DNA of 64,000 bases from NCBI GenBank assembly GCA_043821645.1, contig JBDRCO010000051.1, positions 96,001 through 160,000 on the forward strand, written 5' to 3'. The notes beneath the pieces were generated by a model, which searched no databases, had not been told where the DNA came from, and was given only the letters and a program-made list of their open reading frames with translations. Positions 1 through 8,199 of this stretch are shown here, one piece after another. The stretch comes from Pseudomonadota bacterium (GTDB taxonomy: Bacteria > Myxococcota > JACRCW01 > JAFGSX01). Numbering within the stretch: position 1 is the first letter of the stretch; every line of letters begins with the position of its first letter. Position numbers and translations under genes: made by a program.

Positions 1-1
1 G

Positions 2-280
2 CAGGGCTCCTGAGGTTGCACCGCCGCTCTCGTGTCAGAGCGGAACGTGCCCCCCGGCGGTGAGGCCAAGATCGACGTCACCGTGATCACCTCGGGTCGA
101 CTCGGCCGGATCGGCAAGACGGTGCGCGTGCACTCCAACGATCCCAAGCAGCCCGTGGCCAGCCTGACCATCGAGGGAGAGATCGAGACTCCCGAGGGCG
201 CACTGCCTCCGGCCAAACCACCGCTGCGCCCCCTGGTCAAGGCCGTGGCACCCTCGACCAGCGTCAAGACCACGCACTGA
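2..280 (+). CDS. DUF1573-like (Ig-like) protein, 5'-partial, probable selenoprotein (UGA at 11-13)
   Basis: The frame of ORF 32..280 extended upstream reads Q-G-S-TGA-G-C-T-A-A-L-V-S-E-R-N-V-P-P-G-G-E-A-K-I-D-V-T...K-T-V-R-V-H-S-N-D-P. This matches the DUF1573 pattern (SCGCT...I.PG....I.V...K.V.V.SNDP) with TGA at the first Cys. Confidence 0.8.
18..50 (+). promoter_or_regulatory. Candidate bacterial SECIS hairpin
   Basis: Perfect 7-bp stem CCGCTCT(24-30)/AGAGCGG(37-43) with loop CGTGTC (G at loop position 2), 17 nt after the UGA. Lower stem GCAC(18-21)/GTGC(47-50). Confidence 0.6.
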
Positions 281-310
281 CGGTTCCGCCTGGACTGCGC
301 TGGAAGGCAC

Positions 311-1279
311 TCAGGCGGGGGCAAGACGCCCGCGGTCCAGTTCGGCATGCGCGGTCTCGCCACGAAGCAACTGGACAGCGTGCGGCAGCGCCTCGCGCAC
401 AGCGTCGAGATTCTCGATTGCCGCCTTGGGGCTTCCGGGCAGATTCAGGATCAGGCTGTGTCCGCGGATGCCGCACACGCCTCGCTGCAGCATGGCGTGG
501 GGCGTGATGCGCAGGGAGGCCGCGCGCATCGCCTCGGCCAGGCCCGGAACCTCGCGCTCGAGGACCGCCCGGGTGGCCTCGGGGGTGACATCTCGCGCTG
601 CGCAGCCAGTGCCGCCGCTGGTGCACACGAGGTCCATGCCACGACCGCTGTAGTCCCTAAGCACAGCCTGGATCGCTGGCGCTTCGTCGGCGACAAGCGC
701 TGTCCAGGCCACCCGCGCCGAGAGATTCTGTTCCAGCCACCGGGCCACCGCAGGCCCGGCCAGGTCCACGGTCTCGCCTCGATGGCAGCGATCGGACACC
801 GTGACCACGGCCACCTGCAGCACGCCTGCCGGCACCCGGTGCAGGACCTCGACGCTGTCCCCGGTCTGGATCGGCGCGCCTCGTTGCACCCGGGCAAACA
901 GACCTCGCCGGGGCATGATGCAGTCGCCAGTGGTCTTGTAGATGGCGCAGCGGTGGTGGCACACCTTGCCAACCTGCGTGATCTCGAGCTCGGCTCCGCC
1001 CACCCGCAGCTGGCTCCCGGGGGCCAGATCGGCCAGGGCGATCCCCGTCACGACGAGATTCTCGCCAAAAGCGCCGGGCTCCAGGGTCAGCCCCTTGGCC
1101 CGCATGGACTCGATGTCCAGCTCGTCGAGCAGGCTGACCTGGCGATGACCGGCTCCGGCATGCGCGTCGCCGAGCAGGCCATGGTCCGCCCGCAGTTCAG
1201 CCTGGCCCACGGCGAGCTTGACCACGCCCTTGGAGGTGGAGGTGCAGATCTGCAGCAGCCGTCCCGTCGCCTCAGCCAT
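311..1279 (-). CDS. MOSC domain + molybdopterin adenylyltransferase (MogA/MoaB-like) fusion
   Basis: N-half MOSC (GDAHAG, RQVSLL, PGAFGENL, GKVCHHRCAI, CIMPRRG). C-half MogA-like (TVSDR, GGTG, RDVTPEAT, PGLAEAMR, NLPGSPKA). GGAGG RBS before the ATG at 1279. Confidence 0.9.
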   Translation of the reverse strand: MAEATGRLLQICTSTSKGVVKLAVGQAELRADHGLLGDAHAGAGHRQVSLLDELDIESMRAKGLTLEPGAFGENLVVTGIALADLAPGSQLRVGGAELEITQVGKVCHHRCAIYKTTGDCIMPRRGLFARVQRGAPIQTGDSVEVLHRVPAGVLQVAVVTVSDRCHRGETVDLAGPAVARWLEQNLSARVAWTALVADEAPAIQAVLRDYSGRGMDLVCTSGGTGCAARDVTPEATRAVLEREVPGLAEAMRAASLRITPHAMLQRGVCGIRGHSLILNLPGSPKAAIENLDAVREALPHAVQLLRGETAHAELDRGRLAPA

Positions 1280-1976
1280 GCGACACCTCCTCGTCACGCA
1301 GGCCCCGCGCCACCAGCTGCCTGGTCACCAGCGCCGAGCGCCTGACGCTGATCTGGGTCCAGCGCGCTCGCAGCCGTTCGCGCCGCGCGGGATCCAGGTC
1401 GCCATCGCCGCCCAGGCAACGGCGCCGCCCCTGGGCCAGCGTGGACAGCGACAGGGCGGCGGCCACCGACACGTTGAAGGATCCCGTGAAGCCGTGCATG
1501 GGAATCACGAAGCGCCCGTCGAGGTGGCGCCGTGCCACCGGACTCAGGCCCCGGCGCTCGCTTCCGAGCACGACCACCAGCGGGCGATCCACAGGTACCT
1601 CGGCGATGGGCACGGCACCGGCGCCCAGGTCCGCACCCCAGGCCTCGAAGCCCCGGGCCTGCAGCGTCCCCAGGCAACGCGCCAGCCTGTCCTCGACATG
1701 CAGGGTGAGCCAGCGCTCGGCGCCGGCAGCAGCCTTGTGCCCGGGACGCTGCCTCGATCCACGCTGGATCAGGTGGACATCCTGGACGCCGACGGCCTCG
1801 GCGCTGCGCAACACGGCCGCGACGTTGTGAGCGTCGCAGAAGTCCTCGAGCACCACGACCAGGGAGCCCAGCCGCGACTGCAATACCTGCTCGATGCGTC
1901 GCCTCCGCTCGTCCGTGAGCAGGGCCGCCAGGGCCTGCATGGTCTCGCCATCGGGCACAGCACGCTGGGTATCCAC
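1272..1976 (-). CDS. TrmH/SpoU family RNA methyltransferase
   Basis: SPOUT motifs VVLEDFCDAHNVAAVLRSAEAVG, VVLGSERRGLS, IPMHGFTGSFNVSVAAA. Start codon uncertain. Confidence 0.88.
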   Translation of the reverse strand: MDTQRAVPDGETMQALAALLTDERRRRIEQVLQSRLGSLVVVLEDFCDAHNVAAVLRSAEAVGVQDVHLIQRGSRQRPGHKAAAGAERWLTLHVEDRLARCLGTLQARGFEAWGADLGAGAVPIAEVPVDRPLVVVLGSERRGLSPVARRHLDGRFVIPMHGFTGSFNVSVAAALSLSTLAQGRRRCLGGDGDLDPARRERLRARWTQISVRRSALVTRQLVARGLRDEEVSHG

Positions 1977-2046
1977 CACGCACCTCGCACGCTCGCGGCG
2001 CTCAGGCTCATTTGACAGGTGGCGCGGCCTCGCGCAACATCCGCGC

Positions 2047-4578
2047 ATGACGCGTCACACCTGCTTGCTGTTCTCCGTCGCTGTGCTCGGGACCTGGACC
2101 CTGTCCGCAGCACCCGCCGCTGCGCAGGGCCTGGCCGACCCGGTGGCCCTTGGCCTGGCTCCGCCCACCTCCGTCGCCACCGTCGACGAGGCCAGCGCCG
2201 TCCTGGTCAATCCGGCAGGGGTGGGCTTCGTCACCGGACCCGAGCTGATGTTCCTGCACAGCTCCAGCTTCGGCAGTACCCGCAGCGACGTCGATAGCCT
2301 GTACGCGGCGGTCACCCTCCTTGACACCCTGGGCGTCGGTGCCGGCTTCGAGCTGGCCCGACCCGTGGGCAGCACGAGCGCGACGCGGGGCCAGGATTTC
2401 GTGCGCGCCAGCCTGTCCTATGCGCTGCGCCTGGACGACGGATTCAGCGTCGGTGGCAGCTACCATGTCCTGAGCGCCCAGGCCCCGGGCTTGTCCGCGG
2501 TGCAGATGTGGAACCTGGGCTTCCAGGTGCGGCCCTTTCGCTTCCTGTCGGCGGGAGCCGTGGTCGAGAACGTCATCCCGCCCGAGATCGGCAGTGGTCC
2601 CTTGACACCGCGGGCCTACCGCCTCGGCGTGGGGCTGCGCCCGGGCGCAGAGTGGGCAACCCTGGGCCTCGAGGCACGCATCGACGAAGCCTGGCGCGTG
2701 GATCCCGCCCTGCTGCTGAGGATAGAGGCCTTGCCCGGCATCATCGGAAGCGTGCAGCTCGCCACCCGCGACCTGGGACGCGGCTTCGGTGACAGCAGCA
2801 TAGGGCTGGGTCTCGAGATCAACCACGCGCTGTTCGGCGTCGGCACCTCGGTGGCAAGCTCGCCGTCCCTCAACCTGTCCGGGGTCACCGTCTACGCCCG
2901 TGCCTCGGTGGCCGCCTACCCCTCGCTGTTCCCGCGCATGGGCCGGGTGGTCAAGCTGGTCCTCGCCGACGACCTGCGCCCCCTGCCGCCGGAGGATCCC
3001 TGGGAGGCCGCGACCTACGCCGAGGAGATCCCGGGGGAGATCGCCCTGGGTCTGGAGCGTGCCAGCCGGGATGACGCCGTCGAGGCCGTGTGGCTCGAGA
3101 TCCGACCGCTCAGCGCTGGCGCAGCCTCGGTGGAGGCCATGCGACGTCGCCTGCAGGCCCTGCGTGCCGCCGGCAAGAAGGTCTTTGTCTACCTCGAGCG
3201 CATGGGCAATCTCGAACTGTTACTGGCCTCGGCCGCCGATGTCGTGATCATGCCCCCCTCGGGGACGGTGGCGGCAGACGGAGTCGGGACCTCGATGATT
3301 TACCTCGCCGCGACTCTCGAGCGCCTGGGTCTTCGTGCCCATGCAGTGTCCGCAGGAGAGTACAAGAGCGCACCGGAAACCTTCACCCGCACCGAACCGA
3401 GTCCGGCTGCCCTCGAGTCCGAGGGGCGATTGCTGGACGTGGTGAGCGAGGTCCTGGTGAGTTCGGTGGCCCAGGGGCGCGGCCTCGACGAGAGCGCAGT
3501 TCGAGCGCTGCTGGACCTGGGCAGTCTCAGTCCCGCGGAGGCGCGAGACAAGGGCCTCATCGACCGCATCGCTTATGCCGATGAGATGAAGTCCATTCTC
3601 GAAGAAGTGCTGGGGAGCCGCCCCTTGGTCGACGACGACTACCTGCGGCCGCTGGTACACCGCAGGTACTGGGCGCGACGTCCGACCATCGCGGTGGTGC
3701 CCATCGTTGAGTCCATCACCATGGGCCGCAGCTCGCGCGGTTTCCTCGGCATGTCTGGCAACAGCGGCGCCGACGATGTGGTGGCTGCCATCGAGGCCGC
3801 GCTGGACGACGACGACGTCAAGGCGATCGTGCTGCGGGTGAACAGCCCGGGCGGCGACGCCCTGGCCTCGGACCTGATCTGGAGAGCGGTGGAGCACGCC
3901 CGCAGCAAGAAGCCCGTGGTGGCGAGCATGGGTGACGTGGCCGCGAGCGGTGGTTACTACGTGGCCTGTGGCGCGTCGACGATCCTGGCCGAACCCACCA
4001 CCATCACCGGCTCGATCGGTGTGTTCGCGCTGTTCTTCACCGCCGGGGAGCTTCTGACCGACCTGGAGGTGGGCATCCATGAAGAGCGGCGCAGTGCCCT
4101 GGCTGGCTCCCTCTCGCCGATGCGCGAGCCCACGGACGAGGAACTCGCCGCGGTGCAGCGTTCGGTCGACGGCACCTATGCCCTGTTCAAGTCGCGCGTG
4201 GCGGCCGGACGGCAACTGAGCGAAACCCAAGTCGAGGAGGTGGCCCGCGGCCGGGTCTGGACGGGCCGTGATGCCCTGGCCCACAAGCTGGTGGACAAGA
4301 TGGGAGGTCTCTACGAGGCCGTCGCCGAGGCCCGGTCCCTGGCGGGCATCGGCGAAAGCACCGACGTCGAGATCACCGTGTTCGAAAGTGGACAGGACCC
4401 CCTCACGCGCTGGAGCTCGGCGGTGGAAGGGACGCGGGCACTGGTGCGACAGGTCGTGGCGCCACCCCTCGCCGTGGAGCAGCTGGCATCGCAGCTCGGA
4501 CAGGCCGCCCTGCCCCTGGTCCTGGCCGGGGATGGACGACCCCTCGCGCTGATGCCCTACACCCTGCAGCTCCGCTGA
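2047..4578 (+). CDS. sppA: Signal peptide peptidase SppA (S49) with N-terminal beta-strand-rich (barrel-like) domain
   Basis: Two S49 domains: GEYKSAPE (Lys) and LRVNSPGGDALASD, SMGDVAASGGYY (Ser), TITGSIGV, GRVWTGRDA. Signal peptide followed by about 290 aa of amphipathic beta strands (NPAG motif). Confidence 0.88.
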   Translation: MTRHTCLLFSVAVLGTWTLSAAPAAAQGLADPVALGLAPPTSVATVDEASAVLVNPAGVGFVTGPELMFLHSSSFGSTRSDVDSLYAAVTLLDTLGVGAGFELARPVGSTSATRGQDFVRASLSYALRLDDGFSVGGSYHVLSAQAPGLSAVQMWNLGFQVRPFRFLSAGAVVENVIPPEIGSGPLTPRAYRLGVGLRPGAEWATLGLEARIDEAWRVDPALLLRIEALPGIIGSVQLATRDLGRGFGDSSIGLGLEINHALFGVGTSVASSPSLNLSGVTVYARASVAAYPSLFPRMGRVVKLVLADDLRPLPPEDPWEAATYAEEIPGEIALGLERASRDDAVEAVWLEIRPLSAGAASVEAMRRRLQALRAAGKKVFVYLERMGNLELLLASAADVVIMPPSGTVAADGVGTSMIYLAATLERLGLRAHAVSAGEYKSAPETFTRTEPSPAALESEGRLLDVVSEVLVSSVAQGRGLDESAVRALLDLGSLSPAEARDKGLIDRIAYADEMKSILEEVLGSRPLVDDDYLRPLVHRRYWARRPTIAVVPIVESITMGRSSRGFLGMSGNSGADDVVAAIEAALDDDDVKAIVLRVNSPGGDALASDLIWRAVEHARSKKPVVASMGDVAASGGYYVACGASTILAEPTTITGSIGVFALFFTAGELLTDLEVGIHEERRSALAGSLSPMREPTDEELAAVQRSVDGTYALFKSRVAAGRQLSETQVEEVARGRVWTGRDALAHKLVDKMGGLYEAVAEARSLAGIGESTDVEITVFESGQDPLTRWSSAVEGTRALVRQVVAPPLAVEQLASQLGQAALPLVLAGDGRPLALMPYTLQLR

Positions 4579-4682
4579 CACGGGTATGACGTCCGCGCCC
4601 CACGTTCTGCACCGGGCGCGTGGCGGTCATCTTGTTCCAACCCTCGCACGCGTGGTACACCTCGAGGGAAGGCAGAATTTCG

Positions 4683-6725
4683 ATGGCCAAGATTCTCATC
4701 GTCGACGACGACGCCAACTTCAGAGAAACGGTGCAGGCCCTGCTGGCCGACGAAGGTCACGAGGCGGCCATCGCCGAGAACGGCATGGTGGCCATCCAGA
4801 CCTTCAACAACGTCGAGCCCGATCTGGTGCTGCTCGACATGATGATGCCCAAGATGGGTGGTTTTGACTGCGCCCAGGCGCTGCGCGAGACCCCGCTTGG
4901 CGCCAAGATCCCGATCGTCTTTGTCAGCGGCGTGTACAAGAACGCCAAGACCATGTCCGAGGGCTTCGATCGATTCCAGTGCGTCGAATACCTGCTCAAG
5001 CCCTTCGACGTCGATGTGCTCCTGGCCGCCCTGGCCAAAGGCCTGGGTGAGGCGGCCGCGGCGGCTCAACCCCTGGTGGCCGCGGAACCCCTTCCCGAGG
5101 CCGGACGGTTGGTCGACACCTCGGTGGCGTCGCTGCTGCTTCGTGTCGTGGACGACAAGCACAGTGGCATCCTGGATCTCTTTGGCGAGAGCCAGCGGGC
5201 ACGCCTGTTCTTCTACCGTGGTACCGCGGTCATGGCGCAGACACGCAATCCGCAGTTGAACGTCGGCATGACGCTGCTGCGGCAGGGACAGATGTCGGCT
5301 TTTGACTACAAGGCTCTGCTCGAGCACGTGGAGAGCAACCAGGTTGGGCTCCACCAGGCGCTCAAGGACTTCAAGTCGGTTCAGGAGCCCGCCATCAAGG
5401 AGGCCTACAAGAAGGTCATCCCGCAGATCGTCGCGGACTGCGTGGCCATGACAGGCAACTTCAGGTGGATCGCCGGCGAGGCCTTCATGCGCCTGATCCC
5501 CACCACCTCGTGCCCCATCCTCCCGGCGCTCTACCTCGGGGTCCTGGAGGCTCCGATGAGCCTGCTCGAGGCGCACATGGAGCCTCGCAAGCACCTGAGG
5601 CTGAACAAGGGGCCCAAGTGGCAGGCGGGCAAGAAGCACCTGAGCGAGGGTTTGCGCAGTGATGAGGTGCTGCGCTCGGTCAACGGACGCGCGCGCATCG
5701 GCCAGATCTACGGTTCCGCACCGGACTCCGATAAAAAGCGATCGCGGCTGGCTCAACTCTTTATGCTGCTCGCCTCGGACGCGGTACTGATGAGCGAGGA
5801 GATCGTCGAGGTGGAGCCCTCGCTGGTGCAGGAAGCGCCCATCGAGCTGGGCGCCGTGCCCGAGGTGGAGATCGACGAGTCCAGGTTCCAGGCACCCACC
5901 GCCTCGTCGGTGGTCTCGACTGCCACGGCCGAGGCCTTCGTTACCAACGACGATGTCGATGCGCAGGTCGATAGTGCGATCGAGTTCACGGCGGAGGAGC
6001 AGGAAGCACGGGAGAAGATCCTGGCCAAGTTCGCGGAGGTCCGGCACCAGGACTTTTACGAGCTGCTGGGCCTGCCACGCGACAAGTTCGACGTCACCGC
6101 AGCCAAGAAGGCCTACTTCCAGCTCGCTCGCGAGTTCCACACCGACAGCTACAGCAGCATGAAGATCGGCAGCGCCCAGGGCAAGCTCGAGGCGATCTTT
6201 GCCAAGATCTCCGAGGCCTACGACGTCCTGGGAAACGAGAGCAAGCGCACGGAATACAACGCCAAGCTGGATCTGACTGCCGACGGCACGACCATGGACG
6301 TCGGAGCCATCTTCGAAGCCGAGAGCCTGATGGACAAGGCTCGCATCGTGTCGGACCGCGGCGACTTCACCTCGGCCGCGCGTTACCTCGACGAGGCCAT
6401 TGCCAAGTACCAGAGCCCCATGATCGAGGTGTGGCACGTGTACTGTAACTGGCGTGCGCGCGGCAACCCCCCCGACGACGTGCCCGCCAATGTGAAGCGC
6501 ATCGAGGAGATCCTCTCAGGCGCCACGGTCGAGCGCGGCCTGGAGTTCTGTGGCGTCATGTGCCGCATCGTGGATGACATCCCCCGGGCCAAGAAGTACC
6601 TGCAAAAGGCGGCGCGCGAAGAAGGAAAGAGTCCCAACGTCGAGCGCGAGCTGCGCCTGGTTCAGAAAAGAGAAGCCGAGCTGGCGAAGAAGCCCAGCGC
6701 CCTGGGCAAGCTCTTCAGCAAGTAG
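4683..6725 (+). CDS. Response regulator: receiver + DUF4388/PATAN-like + J-domain + TPR-like helices
   Basis: KILIVDDD, DLVLLDMMMPKMGG, YLLKPFD. Middle SGILDL..RARLFFYRG. J-domain QDFYELLGL..AKKAYFQLAREFHTD..ISEAYDVLGNESKRTEYN. Confidence 0.85.
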   Translation: MAKILIVDDDANFRETVQALLADEGHEAAIAENGMVAIQTFNNVEPDLVLLDMMMPKMGGFDCAQALRETPLGAKIPIVFVSGVYKNAKTMSEGFDRFQCVEYLLKPFDVDVLLAALAKGLGEAAAAAQPLVAAEPLPEAGRLVDTSVASLLLRVVDDKHSGILDLFGESQRARLFFYRGTAVMAQTRNPQLNVGMTLLRQGQMSAFDYKALLEHVESNQVGLHQALKDFKSVQEPAIKEAYKKVIPQIVADCVAMTGNFRWIAGEAFMRLIPTTSCPILPALYLGVLEAPMSLLEAHMEPRKHLRLNKGPKWQAGKKHLSEGLRSDEVLRSVNGRARIGQIYGSAPDSDKKRSRLAQLFMLLASDAVLMSEEIVEVEPSLVQEAPIELGAVPEVEIDESRFQAPTASSVVSTATAEAFVTNDDVDAQVDSAIEFTAEEQEAREKILAKFAEVRHQDFYELLGLPRDKFDVTAAKKAYFQLAREFHTDSYSSMKIGSAQGKLEAIFAKISEAYDVLGNESKRTEYNAKLDLTADGTTMDVGAIFEAESLMDKARIVSDRGDFTSAARYLDEAIAKYQSPMIEVWHVYCNWRARGNPPDDVPANVKRIEEILSGATVERGLEFCGVMCRIVDDIPRAKKYLQKAAREEGKSPNVERELRLVQKREAELAKKPSALGKLFSK

Positions 6726-6729
6726 ACCG

Positions 6730-7338
6730 TCACCGCCGGATCAGCAGCGTGACGCCGCCCCCCTCCAGGCTGATCGCCTGGGCCATCCCGGGCCAGCGAT
6801 CGGCAAGCTGTCGCCAGTCCTCGGCCGGAACCTCGGGCTCTCGCCCCGCTGCCAGCACGGTGACAGCTTTCCCCTTGCCCAGTGCCTGCTCGATGGCCTG
6901 GAGTTCTGGAGCTGTCGGCGCTGCAGGGTCGGACACAACCACCACCTGGACGTGCGCGGCATCGAGACCGTCGAGGCTGGCGACCGAGGTCCAGGCCGGC
7001 AGCCCGGGCACAACCTGTACCGCGGTCCCCCGGGCGCGCAGCTCGCGAAGGAAGAAACCATGGGGTGTGGCCACCAGTGGGTCCCCGGCCACCGCGAGAG
7101 CGACCTCGTGCACCTGGGCTGCGAGAGCCAGCACGTTTCGCTCCTGCTGGTCCAGGGTGGTGGCCAGCCGCAGCGATCGCCCGAGCAGTGCCTCGAGGGC
7201 TCGCTTCCGGCGCTCGCCTCCCCCGGCGGTGACCAGGTCGAGCCACACCTCCTCGCAGCACCGCAACACGCGCTCCGCGCGCGGTGTCAGATCATCCAGC
7301 TCGGGCGAAGGACCGAGCCCCACCAGCCACAGACTCAT
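6730..7338 (-). CDS. Tetrapyrrole-methylase-fold (class III) SAM methyltransferase, diphthine-synthase-like
   Basis: LWLVGLGP..DDLT.RAERVLRCCEEVWLD, VALAVAGDPLVATPH, GTAVQVVPG. Confidence 0.7.
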   Translation of the reverse strand: MSLWLVGLGPSPELDDLTPRAERVLRCCEEVWLDLVTAGGGERRKRALEALLGRSLRLATTLDQQERNVLALAAQVHEVALAVAGDPLVATPHGFFLRELRARGTAVQVVPGLPAWTSVASLDGLDAAHVQVVVVSDPAAPTAPELQAIEQALGKGKAVTVLAAGREPEVPAEDWRQLADRWPGMAQAISLEGGGVTLLIRR

Positions 7339-8057
7339 GCGGGAATCCCGGCAGCCAGTGTCGTGATCTTCAGCGGCGTGAATTCCAGGTGGTCACTGGC
7401 GACCAGCCTGTAGTGCACGCCCTGCCGGCTGCCCTCGACGGCAGTGCGGTGCGCCGCTGGACCGTGGAGGTGTCCATAGACGCACAGGGCCACGCTGTAG
7501 CGCTCGAGGAGTTCGGTAAAAGCGCTGCAGCTTCCGTCGGGAGCAAAGGGAGGGTAGTGCACGGCCGCGATGAGGGAGCCGCTGGCACCAGCGAGCTGGC
7601 GCCCCACCTGCAACGACATCTCCAGGCGCTGTACCTCCCGGCGCAGGATCTTGTCGTCGTCGGGCCCGAACTCCGAGGTCCCCGGCTGGGACCACAGGCG
7701 GGATCCGGCGATGACCCACTCGCCAACGACGATGGCGTCATTCTGCAGGGCCAGACAGCGCTCGGGCAGCGCCGCACGAACCTTGCCGATCGAACTCCAC
7801 CAGTAGTCGTGATTGCCACGTCCGAGGATCTTTGTACCCGGACGGGCGGCGATCCATTCGAGGTCCGCTGCGGCCTCGTCCAGCCGCAGGGCCCAGGACA
7901 GATCTCCGGGGCAGAGCACCAGATCGTCGTCTCCCACGCACCGATCCCAGGCCTCGGCCATCCGTGCCACGTGGTCCTGCCAGGCTGCACCAAAGACGTC
8001 CATGGGCTTGTTGCTCCCATGAGACAGGTGCAGATCTGCGATGGCGAACAGCTCCAT
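7335..8057 (-). CDS. Calcineurin-like metallophosphoesterase
   Basis: ADLHLS, PGDLSWA, GNHDYWW, HYPP, YGHLHG motifs. Confidence 0.92.
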   Translation of the reverse strand: MELFAIADLHLSHGSNKPMDVFGAAWQDHVARMAEAWDRCVGDDDLVLCPGDLSWALRLDEAAADLEWIAARPGTKILGRGNHDYWWSSIGKVRAALPERCLALQNDAIVVGEWVIAGSRLWSQPGTSEFGPDDDKILRREVQRLEMSLQVGRQLAGASGSLIAAVHYPPFAPDGSCSAFTELLERYSVALCVYGHLHGPAAHRTAVEGSRQGVHYRLVASDHLEFTPLKITTLAAGIPA

Positions 8058-8199
8058 GGCTTCGAGTGTTTAGTGAAAAGCCGGGCCCCTGGCCAGAGGG
8101 GACAGCGTCCTGACACCCCGATCACGTCCAGAAACGTGCGCTGGCCACGAGGGCGGTGTATGTATGGCGGGACAAGGGGTGGCCGATCGACGAGGCGAG

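Noticed and set aside
4557-6437. Long antisense ORFs (for example 4557-6437, 27359-29176, 51529-54036, 59394-61166)
   Set aside because: Shadow ORFs typical of high-GC DNA, opposite well-supported genes and without recognisable motifs.
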